NCBI GenBank assembly: GCA_965220085.1
Contig: CBDCOZ010000003.1
Location: 128,001 to 192,000, forward strand
Length of the DNA: 64,000 nt
Source: Candidatus Oxydemutatoraceae bacterium
Lineage (GTDB): Bacteria > Pseudomonadota > Gammaproteobacteria > Poriferisulfidales > Oxydemutatoraceae
Direction of reading: 5' to 3'
Notes under the pieces: generated by a model
What the model was told of the DNA's origin: nothing
Database searches by the model: none
What the model saw: the letters and a program-made list of their open reading frames with translations, nothing else
Shown here: positions 22,860 through 33,000 of the stretch, piece after piece
Layout: each line of letters starts with the position of its first letter
Position numbering within the stretch: position 1 is the first letter of the stretch
Translations under genes and position numbers: made by a program

Positions 22860-22887
22860 ACTATACCACAGCGCAAGCCATTTGCAA
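22860..22887 (-). promoter_or_regulatory. Cassette promoter TTGCAA-16-TATAGT
   Basis: Same tgtggTATAGT and spacing as the promoters at 198-286; counterpart at 24688-24715. Confidence 0.5.
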
Positions 22888-23058
22888 GCGCCTTGTTGTC
22901 AAATATCGCCGACCACCTCCGGCGGGCGGTTGCGGCGGCGTTGCCGATGTGCTGATATTGCCTGCCGTGTGGATACAAGAAATCCATAGTGTTTCTGGCA
23001 TTATGCGCCTCACCTCCCTTGTGCGCCCATAACACTTCGTCTCTTGCGGGTACTCGCG

Positions 23059-24343
23059 CTATCGCAACGGGCCTTCCAGGAAGAGGCGCAGCCGCAAGCG
23101 CAGGCCCGCATTCGTCACACGGGCGGGGATGGAGCAGAGCGGCCCCTCTGACGCCGGGGTTGGGTGGCTGTCCATAAAGCGGACGCAGAAGCGCAGATAT
23201 TGGCCCGCCAAAGCCTGGGTGGGCGTGAATGTGATGTCGTCCGCACTTGCTATGGCGGTAAAAGTGCCCTCAGCAGTGGCCGATGACTGCCACTCCCACA
23301 TAAAGGTGTCGCGGTCTATGCCGTTGGGTTCTTCTATGCCGATGTTGGTGGCGGCCAGCTGGACACCCACTATATAAGCGGGGCTTTCGGCGGTGATGGC
23401 CGGGGTTGTGGTGGGGTTGCCAGTGGCGGCGGTCTGGACCAGTGCCATCACCTGAGCAGGGACGGAGCAGAGCGGCCCCTCTGACGCCGGGGTTGGGTGG
23501 CGGTCCATGAAGCGGACGCAGAAGCGCAGATATTGGCCCACCAGAGCCTGGGTGGGCGTGAATGTGATGGCGGTCGCGCCTGTTATGGCGGTGAATGTGC
23601 CGTCGCTGGTGGCGGATGACTGCCATTCCCACATCAGGGTGCTACGGTTTATGCCGTTGGGCTCGACTATGCGGTTGGTGGTGGCGGTCAGCCGGACACC
23701 CACCATATAAGCGGGGCTTTCGGCGGTGATGGCCGGGATTGTGGTGGGGTTGCCGGTGGCGGCGGTCTGGGCCGGCGCCACCAGGCGGATATTGATTTGC
23801 ACAGTGTTGGAGCTGACCGTTTCGCCGCTGCCATCGTCCTGTACCGAGAACCTCATTATGCCATAGTGCCCGGTGAAAGAGGGGTTGTCGGGGTCGCTGG
23901 GCTCCTGGCCCGGCTCCGGGTAATAGGTCAGGGCGCCGGCAGCCAGCTGGGCCACGGTTATGGGGTTTTCAGGCACGGCGGTCAGCGCTGTGCCGTTCAG
24001 CGACAGGGTGCCCCTCAGGGTGCTGGTGTTGCCCGATACATGCGGCAACGTTCTTATGATGACAGCGGCCAGCACATCGCCATCGGCATCGGTGAGCGGA
24101 AAGTCCGTGCCCTTGAATACATATGGGTTGGCGGCATCGGCGGCAGTGCTCACGAAGATCGCATTGGAGGATGCTATCGGCCGGGCTTGGGCCCGGGCGG
24201 TCGGGTCTGCGTTGCCGTGCGGTTGGGTATCGGCTTGGGCGAATAAGGCGAGCAGGCAGAGCAGGAGGCCGGTCGCTATCCTATGGTTTCGGACGCGCGC
24301 ACAGGGGGGGGGGGGGGGTAGTATTAAAAATCTGTCTATTCAT
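23059..24343 (-). CDS. Phase-variable tagged secreted protein (cadherin-like plus 2 Ig-like modules); frameshifted at 15-nt tract
   Basis: AGGAG RBS, ATG 24343, MNRQIFNTTP, G15 on + strand (24304-24318). A 14-nt tract fuses it to CARVRNHRIATGLLLCLLALFAQA and ORF 24153-23059. Confidence 0.85.
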
Positions 24344-24804
24344 ATCTATTTCTCCTATGGCAGTCTGTCTCCAGAGCAAATGCAATTATACGGCATATGT
24401 GCGCAAACAACCATTTAATGAGTCACGGTAATAAGACCCACAAACAACTTTGTTGTTTGTGGGTCTTTCATGGGAACACAAACGATATTTAATTATTTGT
24501 GGTTTCTTAAGTTGTAGCGCTCCATCAACTGTTTGTGAATTGTTTGGCGCTGTGTGCTCTGCCACAAAGTGCGAGTCATTTACAAAAGCTGAGTTGTTCA
24601 TTGTTTCCCTCATTTAGCGTACTCTGCCACAAAGCTAAGTCATTTGCAAGTGTCGGTATCTCCTTCTGTCTGGCGAATGAATGCCGTACTATACCACAAA
24701 GCGCAAGTCATACAACAATCCACAAAGTGCGGGTCACCGCAAGCGTATTCTGTCTCATCCCTTGTGCGCCCATAACACTTCGTCTCTTGCCGCAGGCGCT
24801 CGCG

Positions 24805-25713
24805 CTATCGCAGAGGGCCTTCAAGGAAGAGGCGCAACCGCAAGCGCAGGTTCCCGCCACTAGCCACACGGGCGGGGACGGAGCAGAGCGGCCCCTCCTG
24901 CATCGGGGTTGGGTGGCGGTCCATAAAACTGACGCAGAAGCGCAGATATTGGCCCGCCAGGGCTTGGGTGGGCGTGAATGTGATGGCGGTCGCGCCTGTT
25001 ATGGCGGTGAATGTGCCGTCGTCGCTGGTGGCGGATGACCGCCATTCCCACATCAGGGTGTCGCGGTTTATGTTGTTGGGTTCGTCTATGCCGCTGGTGG
25101 TGGCGGTCAGCCGAGCGCCCACGATATAGGCGGGGTTTTCGGCGGTGATGAGCGGTTGCGTGGTGGGGTTGCCGCTGGCGGCGACCTGGGCCGGCGCCAC
25201 CAGGCGAATGTGCATATCGGCAGTGGCGGAGCTGATGGCGTTGTCGCTGCTATCGTCTGCCACCTTGAACCGAAATCCAGTGTAGCGGGCTTCGGTAGTA
25301 ATGTCGTCAGGATCACTGGGTTCCTGACCCGGCGCTGGGTAATAGGTCAGGGCGCCGGCAACCAGTTGAGCCGCGGTGATGGGGTTTTCAGGCACGGCGG
25401 TCAGCGCTGTGCCATCCAAGGCCATGGTGCCAGTGGATGGCAGCCTGCTTATGATGACACTGCCCAGCATATCGCCATCGTCGGCATCGCTGAACGGAAA
25501 GTCGGATACCTTGAACACAAATGGGGTATCGGCATCGGCGGCGGTGCTTACAAGAACTGTGTTGGAAGAGGTTAGCGGCCGGGCTTGGGCCCGGGCGGTC
25601 GGGTCTGCGTTGCTGTGCGGTTGGGCGCTGCGCGCTTGGGTCGCTACAACAACGAACAAGCAAAGCAGGCCGGCTGTTATCTGGCGGGCATGGGCGTTTT
25701 GGCGGTTTGACAT
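24805..25713 (-). CDS. Tagged secreted protein without poly-C tract (intact)
   Basis: AGGAG RBS, MSNRQNAHARQITAGLLCLFVVVATQARSA signal peptide, same modules as neighbours, ends LRLRLRLFLEGPLR. Confidence 0.9.
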   Translation of the reverse strand: MSNRQNAHARQITAGLLCLFVVVATQARSAQPHSNADPTARAQARPLTSSNTVLVSTAADADTPFVFKVSDFPFSDADDGDMLGSVIISRLPSTGTMALDGTALTAVPENPITAAQLVAGALTYYPAPGQEPSDPDDITTEARYTGFRFKVADDSSDNAISSATADMHIRLVAPAQVAASGNPTTQPLITAENPAYIVGARLTATTSGIDEPNNINRDTLMWEWRSSATSDDGTFTAITGATAITFTPTQALAGQYLRFCVSFMDRHPTPMQEGPLCSVPARVASGGNLRLRLRLFLEGPLR

Positions 25714-25732
25714 AGGGCTCCTGATGGCGGCG

Positions 25733-26209
25733 CTAGTAGGAGACGCCGGCTTGTTCCAGCATGTAGTCAACCGTCGCTTTTATCGCATCATCGGAGAGGT
25801 CGGCGCGTCCGGCTTTGGGCGGCATATTGCCGCGACCCGCTATCGCCGATTGGTACATCGCCTCGAGGTCGCGCTCTTTCATCCGCGCAAGCCACGCGGC
25901 TTTGTCGGTCAACTTGGGCGATTCCAGCACGCCGCTCAGGTGGCAGGCTTGGCAGACCGATTGATAGATCGCTTCCGGCGTCATGTCGGCTTTTGCCGTC
26001 GCTGTCGGAGTTTCCGTTACGGCGCCGACCTCTCCCACATTGACGCGGGAAATCGGTTTGATACGTTCTTTCGTCGCGTGCAACAGAGCGGCATCGGTTT
26101 CGCGATGGCTTTCGGATAACGCCGTTGCGATGATGAAAATGATGACCGCTATCAGAACGAGACCGGCCAATATGGCGCCGAAATAATTGAGAAATTCTTG
26201 ATCTTTCAT
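25733..26209 (-). CDS. Membrane-anchored cytochrome c5
   Basis: N-terminal TM, ERIKP, CQACH, MPPKAG...LSDD. Confidence 0.88.
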   Translation of the reverse strand: MKDQEFLNYFGAILAGLVLIAVIIFIIATALSESHRETDAALLHATKERIKPISRVNVGEVGAVTETPTATAKADMTPEAIYQSVCQACHLSGVLESPKLTDKAAWLARMKERDLEAMYQSAIAGRGNMPPKAGRADLSDDAIKATVDYMLEQAGVSY

Positions 26210-26257
26210 TTTTTAACCCTTTCAAATTTTGCGGGAAAGCGCCCCGCAAACAAACCG

Positions 26258-28015
26258 CTATTCCTTCCGCGCTCCGAGAGATGCGCAACTGCTGGCGCAC
26301 ATTTTACCACCGATCGGTGCCGAACATAATCGCGGCGCTCTTTCCCTGTCGGCGCGGCGGTTGAAGCGCTCCAGCATGCGCTCGCGCACAGCGGGCAATG
26401 CGGTTGCCAAATCGTGTTCCTCTTTCAAGTCCGCGCTGACATCGTAGAGACGCAACCGCCGGTGTTTGCAACCGTCGTTCGCCGCGATAATCAGTTTGTA
26501 GTCGCCGTCGATCAGTCCTCTGTCATACGGCAGCGGAATCTGTCGCCGGGCGAGGTCGCGGCCCTCTATCAGGGGCAACAGGCTGACGCCATCCGACGGT
26601 TTTTGATTGTCGGGCCGGATGCCGAGGATGTCGGTGATCGTCGGGTACTGGTCGAGTCCCGAAACCGGTTGCGTAATCACGCGGCGCTCTTTGATGACGC
26701 CGGGCCATTCCAGAATCGCCGGCACCCGAAGCCCGCCCTCCATGACGCTTGCCTTGCCTCCCCGCAGGGCCGAATGCAGTCCGCGCGCTTCGGGCGCGCC
26801 GTTGTCGCTTGAGAACCATATCAGCGTGTTGTCGGCGATGCCCATCGCGCGCAGCGACTGGCGCAGCCGGTCGATCTGGCGATCCATCGCATACAACGAC
26901 AGGTTGAAATTCCGCTGCAAGAAGAACAGCACTTTCAACTTGTCCCAAAAGCGCAGCGGCGGCGCCGACGATTGTGCGTGAGCGGGCGCTATCAGCCTCT
27001 CGATCTTTTTGAATGCGCGGTAGACGAAAAAGTTTATCAGCGGCAGGATGGCAAAACTGCTTGTCAGGTAACGACGTTCCGCCTCGTTGCTGCCCGCGAG
27101 CATTTGCGGGTCGCCTCTGAGCGGCGTGTGCGGGGTGTGAAACCATATCACGGCTAAAAACGGCTGTTCGCGTTGCGCGGCCTCCGCTATGAACGACAGC
27201 GCTTTGTCGGTGATGATTTGCGCCGTGCTGCCTTGCATCTGATCCAATGCCATCCGCGTGCCTTCGTGACCGTCAATGGGCTTGTCCCAGAATGAGAGGC
27301 CGTAATAATGCGGGTCGCTCACCGATTGCGGCAAGGGGGAATGCGCGTGGCGGCGGGCGGGGTCAAATGTCGGCAAGTTGCCATACGCGCTTGAGGCCGT
27401 ATCAAACCCGTTTTGCCATGGCGGCGAGTAGGGCGGCTTGTATCCGATGCCGAAAGGCCGGCGCAAGCCGGATGTGTGTTCCTTCCTTTGGTCTTCGCGG
27501 GAGACATGGCCGAGATGCCATTTGCCGAAGTGTCCGGTCAGGTAGCCGGCGGCCTTCAGGGTTTCCGCGATGGTCGTCTCGCTCATCGGGAATGCGCCGT
27601 GGTTGTAACGCATGCCATACCTGCCGGGTTCTCTTCCGGTCAGGTAGCCGGCTCTGCTCGCGCGGCAGGTGCTGGCGGGCGCGTAGAAGCGATCAAAGAC
27701 GATGCCGTTTGCGGCCATCTCATCGAGCGTCGGGGTCACGGGGTGGGCGTGGCCTCTGCCGACGCGCGTTTTGTTGTAGCCGATGTCATCCCAGCCCTGG
27801 TCGTCGGACAGGATGAGGACGATGTTCGGTTTGCGGTAGCGCGCGGGCAGTTCGTTCAAAGAGAAGGGTGTGACGGATGTCTGTTCGGGTTGCGCCGCGA
27901 GCATCCACGTGCCGGGGTAGGGCGGTTGCAAGAGCCAATCCAGCGCCCATGCCAGCGCGAACAGCAACAATGCGCCGGCGGACAGAAAAGCCGTGATTCG
28001 AAATGCGCGCTTCAT
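26258..28015 (-). CDS. Arylsulfatase-family sulfatase with N-terminal membrane anchor
   Basis: PNIVLILSDDQGW, CRASRAGYLTG, GKWHLG, PHTPL, SDNG, RGGK..EGGLRVP. Confidence 0.88.
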   Translation of the reverse strand: MKRAFRITAFLSAGALLLFALAWALDWLLQPPYPGTWMLAAQPEQTSVTPFSLNELPARYRKPNIVLILSDDQGWDDIGYNKTRVGRGHAHPVTPTLDEMAANGIVFDRFYAPASTCRASRAGYLTGREPGRYGMRYNHGAFPMSETTIAETLKAAGYLTGHFGKWHLGHVSREDQRKEHTSGLRRPFGIGYKPPYSPPWQNGFDTASSAYGNLPTFDPARRHAHSPLPQSVSDPHYYGLSFWDKPIDGHEGTRMALDQMQGSTAQIITDKALSFIAEAAQREQPFLAVIWFHTPHTPLRGDPQMLAGSNEAERRYLTSSFAILPLINFFVYRAFKKIERLIAPAHAQSSAPPLRFWDKLKVLFFLQRNFNLSLYAMDRQIDRLRQSLRAMGIADNTLIWFSSDNGAPEARGLHSALRGGKASVMEGGLRVPAILEWPGVIKERRVITQPVSGLDQYPTITDILGIRPDNQKPSDGVSLLPLIEGRDLARRQIPLPYDRGLIDGDYKLIIAANDGCKHRRLRLYDVSADLKEEHDLATALPAVRERMLERFNRRADRERAPRLCSAPIGGKMCASSCASLGARKE

Positions 28016-28165
28016 GTAATGCGGCGCGGCGGCGGGCTGTGCGGATGGCGTTGATGCGATGACATAGCGCCATTATAGCGAATAATTCGCGCGCTTTATC
28101 CGGCAAATACCGCCGTACGGCCACTGCGGCGCTTGCGCGCGCGGCAATGCCCCGATGATTGCGGC

Positions 28166-28696
28166 ATGAAAAAGCATTGTGGTTTGACGATGATTGAGCT
28201 GTTGGTCGTTATGGCGCTGACAGTCGGGCTGATACTTGCCGCGAGCACGACACATCAATCGTGGGTGCGCGAGCGGGTGATGGCAAATACGGCGGAGGCG
28301 TTGTTGCAGGGGTTGCGCTTTGCGAGAAACCACGCGCTGGCGACCCATGCCCGCACCGTTGTGTGCCCGCGCACCGAGAGCGGCGCCTGCGGCGACGACA
28401 ATTACGAAGCGGGTTGGTTTGTCTTCGCAGAGTCGCCCGGCAACGAAAACGGCGAGATAGATTCGGGCGAGCGTATATTGCAGAGTTTCGTGCTGGAGCC
28501 CGGCGACATCACGATTCGCTCTAATAACTTCACTGAGTTCATCGCCTTTGCCCCCGGCAGAGGTACGAGCACGGCCGGTCGCTTTGTGCTGTGCCGAGGC
28601 GGGGAGACCGACGGTGCGCGGCTGGTCGTTGTCAGCAACACCGGCAGGGCGCGTCTGGCAAAGAACGACGGCGACGACCCGAGTTGTCTCCTCTGA
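28166..28696 (+). CDS. fimT: Type IV minor pilin FimT/GspH
   Basis: G|LTMIELLVV prepilin motif; ARNHA..VVCP..GW.VF; SNTGRAR. Confidence 0.85.
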   Translation: MKKHCGLTMIELLVVMALTVGLILAASTTHQSWVRERVMANTAEALLQGLRFARNHALATHARTVVCPRTESGACGDDNYEAGWFVFAESPGNENGEIDSGERILQSFVLEPGDITIRSNNFTEFIAFAPGRGTSTAGRFVLCRGGETDGARLVVVSNTGRARLAKNDGDDPSCLL

Positions 28697-29030
28697 ACTT
28701 TTCTTGCGAAGGCTTTTACCTATGCGTTTGACTTTGGGATATCTGATGACTGCTGGCCGCCATCGCTCTTGCGTCCTTTGGTCTGTTCGGTTTTGTCAAA
28801 GTGCAACACCGAGGCGGGGAGACCGACGGCTCGCGGCTGGTCGTTGTCAGCAACACCGGCAGGGCGCATCTGGCAAAGAACGACGGCGACGACCCGAGTT
28901 GTCTCCTCTGAACTTTTCTTGCGAAGGCTTTTACCTATGCGCTTGACTCTGGGATATCTGATGATGGAGTTGCTGGCCGCCATCGCTCTTGCGTCCTTTG
29001 GTCTGTTCGGTTTTGTCAAAGTGCAACACC
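28594..29030. repeat. About 215-bp duplication of the fimT end/pilV start junction
   Basis: The pilV start appears at 28722 (with a frameshifting indel) and intact at 28937. Confidence 0.88.
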
Positions 29031-29413
29031 TGAGCGTCGCCACCGAATACGATTTGATCATGCACATAGAAGGAAACATGTTGCTCTCTGAAATGGAGGA
29101 CTTCATCAACAACACGGCTTTGTGTCCGGATCTGTCCGCCGTGCCGGAGAACGCTTCCGGCGCGGTTGATTGTGCGAACCAATCCTGCAGCGAGTGGGAA
29201 TTTACGGCTTTTCAATTTGCGCTGTGGCAATGCCGGGTCGGGATGCGGTCCGAAGATGCGGCGGTTTGTGATGACGGCAAGTACCGCTTGCCGCGCAAGG
29301 CGAAGCTGTCCGTCAGCTCGGCAGGCGATCAGTTTACGCTTGAATTGGAATGGAGCGGCAGCGGCGGGCAGGTGAAGATATCGCGGACTATGCGCTCCCG
29401 TTGCGGTTCGTAA
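28937..29413 (+). CDS. pilV: PilV-like minor pilin
   Basis: G|YLMMELLAAIAL..FGLFG, C....CS..E, LELEW; position after fimT. Confidence 0.7.
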   Translation: MRLTLGYLMMELLAAIALASFGLFGFVKVQHLSVATEYDLIMHIEGNMLLSEMEDFINNTALCPDLSAVPENASGAVDCANQSCSEWEFTAFQFALWQCRVGMRSEDAAVCDDGKYRLPRKAKLSVSSAGDQFTLELEWSGSGGQVKISRTMRSRCGS

Positions 29414-29541
29414 TCGGACAGGTCGCTTGCGGTGCGCCCGCGCACCGCTTAGCCCGCATCTATGTCGGCACACCCAATCGGTCAAACTTTTGCGGAGCTA
29501 AGCCGCGCAAGCCGTGCGCTTGCAGGGTGCCGGCAACTCAA

Positions 29542-29586
29542 GCAAAGCCTTGCAAGTTGCCGTTGCGCCTTTTCCCGGAAGGCCCG
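29542..29586 (+). repeat. 45-bp direct repeat (left), degenerate tag-coding site
   Basis: gcaaagccttgcaagttgccgttgcgccttttcccggaaggcccg, identical to 32879-32923; continues to read KLPLRLFPEGPLR*. Confidence 0.9.
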
Positions 29587-29675
29587 TTGCGGTAGCGCGA
29601 GCGCGAGCGCCCTGCGGCGGAGCAGGGGGTATTATGGGGCGCACACAAGGGGAGTGAGGCAAGATACAAAGGCAC

Positions 29676-29764
29676 TTGCGAATGATCGAATGTGTGGTAT
29701 AGTGCGACATCCTATTGGCGCAAGTGCGCATGAAACTTGCGGATGACCGAATGTGTGGTATAGT
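29676..29764 (+). promoter_or_regulatory. Tandem cassette promoters
   Basis: TTGCGA-16-TATAGT and TTGCGG-16-TATAGT as at 198-286; repeated upstream of 31427. Confidence 0.6.
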
Positions 29765-29819
29765 GCGAGACTCATAAGCAACCATATTCGCTGACCACAA
29801 GCTATAAGGAGTAATAGAT

Positions 29820-31202
29820 ATGAACAAACAAATTACTAATACCGCCCTTCAGAAAAGCGACCAAACGTGTCGCGCTCTTCTATGCAGAGCTATGAATAGA
29901 CAAATTATTAATATCACCCCCCCCCCCCCTACTGCGCTTAGAATTTGTGCGGCGGTAATACTCGCCTGCGCATTCGCAAACAGCGCGTACGCGCAAACCG
30001 AATGTGCGGCGGACAAGCCATTGATGAACGAAGGCGTGTGCGTTGCCAGTTGTCCGTCGGGACGGGAAGCTGTTCGCGGAACTTGCTACGCTGTCTGCGC
30101 AGCGGGGGAGACGCGAGTCACGCACCCGAACCGCGTCCCGGTTAACACCGGATGCTTTGCCGATGCCACGGCCAAAATGCTGAGCGATTGCGAAGCCGCG
30201 GGATGGGGGAGTCGGACGGCTATCTTGTTGGATTTCTTCCAACTCGGAACGGGCTGTCTGATTCCCTCAAGACAGGTGGGCCACGGGTCCTCGGATGCGT
30301 GCAACACCAATTTGGGAAGAGCTCCGTTCTGCACGGATGTGTACGGCGCCCCGCCGGTTTTTCCGAAAGCGGCGGACCATACCGATGTCACCGCCTCTTC
30401 CGGAAAAACCTTTGTCGCAAACTGCAACCGAGACGGGACTGTCCCCGGCGGTTATCCGCCGAACCACAACTTGAACGGCGAAACCGAATGCGCATGCAAT
30501 CGGGATTCGCACGTCGGCGACTGGCCGGACTGCGCGGCCTTTCCGGTCAGTCTGACGGCGGCGGATAGGGCGATGGCGCGGACATGTGTGGCGCGAGGGT
30601 GGAGTATTTCCACCGCCACCGCCGCCTCTATCAAATGCGAAGTTCCGCTGACCTCCGGCGAGGATACTTTTGACGGGTGCTTTCTCGGCGGTCAGGATTC
30701 GCCGCTGTGCGCGGATGTTTTTGGCGCGGGGTTCGCCCTGCCGGCAAGGGAGGTTCCGCAGTTGGTTTTGAATCTTGCCAACGCCTTTGACGCAAAGCTT
30801 AGCGCACAGCTTGGCGATGTTGTCAGAGCCGCCGCGCCGGTTTACGCGGAGGCGGTATGGGCGCGACACAACGGCGATCCGAATTATGCGGACGGCCCTA
30901 TCAACAACCACAACAGCAACAGCGATGCCGACAAAAGCAACATTGCCGTTCAGGTTGCGGCTCCGGTTTTCACGGCGCATGGAATTCCTTTTAACTGGGG
31001 GCTGGATGTCTCGCGGATTCCGGCTGCGATTCGGTTGGCGTACAGTCGTATTCCGGTGGCGGTGCCGTATGTTTTCAATTGCGGGGAGGGCATGTTTCCG
31101 ACAACGGTCAACACTTACGGCGCGACGGCATGCGCTGCCACCGACCCGCGCATGCGCTTGCGGCTACGGCTGCGCATCTTTCTGGAAGGCCCGCTGCGGT
31201 AG
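29820..31202 (+). CDS. Tagged Cys-rich secreted protein; in frame through C13
   Basis: MNKQITN...MNRQIINITPPPP, then ALRICAAVILACAFANSAYA; C13 at 29917-29929; ends LRLRLRIFLEGPLR. Confidence 0.9.
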   Translation: MNKQITNTALQKSDQTCRALLCRAMNRQIINITPPPPTALRICAAVILACAFANSAYAQTECAADKPLMNEGVCVASCPSGREAVRGTCYAVCAAGETRVTHPNRVPVNTGCFADATAKMLSDCEAAGWGSRTAILLDFFQLGTGCLIPSRQVGHGSSDACNTNLGRAPFCTDVYGAPPVFPKAADHTDVTASSGKTFVANCNRDGTVPGGYPPNHNLNGETECACNRDSHVGDWPDCAAFPVSLTAADRAMARTCVARGWSISTATAASIKCEVPLTSGEDTFDGCFLGGQDSPLCADVFGAGFALPAREVPQLVLNLANAFDAKLSAQLGDVVRAAAPVYAEAVWARHNGDPNYADGPINNHNSNSDADKSNIAVQVAAPVFTAHGIPFNWGLDVSRIPAAIRLAYSRIPVAVPYVFNCGEGMFPTTVNTYGATACAATDPRMRLRLRLRIFLEGPLR

Positions 31203-31426
31203 CGCGAGCGCGAGCGCCCTGCGGCGGAGCAGGGGGTATTATGGGGCGCACACAAGGGGAGTGAGGCAAGATACAAAGGTGCTTGCGAATGATCGAATTT
31301 ATGGTATAGTGCGACATCCTATTGGCGCAAGTGCGCATGAAACTTGCGGATGACTGAATTTGTGATATAGTGCGAGACTCATAAGCAACCATATTCGCTG
31401 GCCACAAGCTATAAGGAGTAATAGAT

Positions 31427-32819
31427 ATGAACAAACAAATTACTAATACCGCCCTTCAGAAAAGCGACCAAACGTGTCGCGCTCTTCTATGCAGAGCTAT
31501 GAATAGACAAATTATTAATATCACCCCCCCCCCCCCCCCCCCTCCCCTCTGCGCTTAGAATTTGTGCGGCGGTAATACTCGCTTGCGCATTTGCAAACAG
31601 CGCGTACGCGCAAACCGAATGTGCGGCGGACAAGCCGCTGATGAACGAAGGCGTGTGCGTTGCCAGTTGTCCGTCGGGACGGGAAGCTGTTCGCGGAACT
31701 TGCTACGCTGTCTGCGCAGCAGGGGAGACGCGAGTCACGCACCCGAACCGCGTCCCGGTTAACACCGGTTGCTTTGCCAATGCCACGGTTAAAATTCTGA
31801 GGGACTGCGAAACCGCGGGATGGGAGAGTTGGGCGGACATCTTGTCGGATTTCTTTTCGTTGGGGGGAGGATGCCCGATTCCCTCAAATCATGTGGACCA
31901 CGCGTCCGCGAGTGCGTGCAGCACCGATTCGGGATTTGCTCCGTTCTGCACGGATGTGTACGGCGACCCGCCGGTCTTTCCGAAAGCGGCGGACCATCGC
32001 GATGTCAGAGCAAATTCCGGAAAGGCTTTTGTGGCAAACTGCAATCGGGACGGGGCCGTCCCCGGCGGTTATCCGCCAAACGAAAACCTCAACGGCGAAA
32101 CCGAATGCGCATGCAATCGGGATTCGCACATCGGCGACTGGCCGGACTGCGAGGCCTTTCCGACTGGCTTAACCCGCGCCGAGCGGGAGGGGGCTCACAC
32201 ATGTGCGGATCAAGGGTGGACTATTTCCACCGCCACCGCCTTCTTCAAATGCGACATTCCGCTGACCTCCGGCGGGCAACCTTTTATTGACGGGTGCTTT
32301 TTCGGCGGTTCGGGTTCGCCGCAGTGCGCGGATGTGTTCGGTACGGAGTTCGACCTGCCGGAAAGGGAAGTTCCGCAGTTGGTTTTGAATCTTGCCAACG
32401 CCTTTGACGCGAAGTCCCGCGAACAGATCGGCGATACTCTCAGAGCCGCCGCGGCGGTTTACGCGGAGGCGGTATGGGCGCGATACAACCGCGATTCGGA
32501 TTATCTGGACGGCCCTACCAACAACCACAACAGCAGCAGCGATGCCGACAAAAGCAACATTGCCCTGAGAGTTTCGGGTCCGGTTTTCACGGCGCATGGA
32601 ATTCCTTTTAATTGGCAACCGGATTTGTTCCGGATACCGGCTGCGATTCGGCTGGCGTACAGTCTTATTCCGGAGGCGGTGCCGTATGTTTTCAATTGCG
32701 GGGAGGGCATGTTTCCGACAACGGTCAACACTTACGGCGCGACGGCATGCACTGCCACCGACCCGCGCATGCGCTTGCGGCTACGGCTGCGCATCTTTCT
32801 GGAAGGCCCGCTGCGGTAG
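31427..32819 (+). CDS. Tagged Cys-rich secreted protein; frameshifted at C19
   Basis: Leader identical to 29820; C19 at 31524-31542; ATG to MNEG distance is 214 nt, so C18 restores frame. Confidence 0.88.
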
Positions 32820-32878
32820 GCGCTAAGCGCAGGGGCTCGCACAAGCCGATGCGCTTGTGGGGGAGCCGGCAAGCTCAG

Positions 32879-32923
32879 GCAAAGCCTTGCAAGTTGCCGT
32901 TGCGCCTTTTCCCGGAAGGCCCG
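32879..32923 (+). repeat. 45-bp direct repeat (right)
   Basis: Identical to 29542-29586. Confidence 0.9.
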
Positions 32924-33000
32924 CGGCGGCTCGTCGGGCGGTTTGCGCCATTCGTCAATAAGCGCGGTTGCCACGGTCGTTTATCGCTTGTAATAAGGCG

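Noticed and set aside
29350-29595. 81-aa ORF ending LRLFPEGPLR as a ninth tagged gene
   Set aside because: It overlaps pilV, has no signal peptide and the motif is degenerate; treated as a repeat or scar.
29820-32819. Diversity-generating retroelement, shufflon or integron
   Set aside because: No reverse transcriptase or recombinase in the window, differences are not adenine-specific, cassettes are co-oriented with their own promoters, and I see no attC-like structure. A trans-acting enzyme elsewhere is not excluded.
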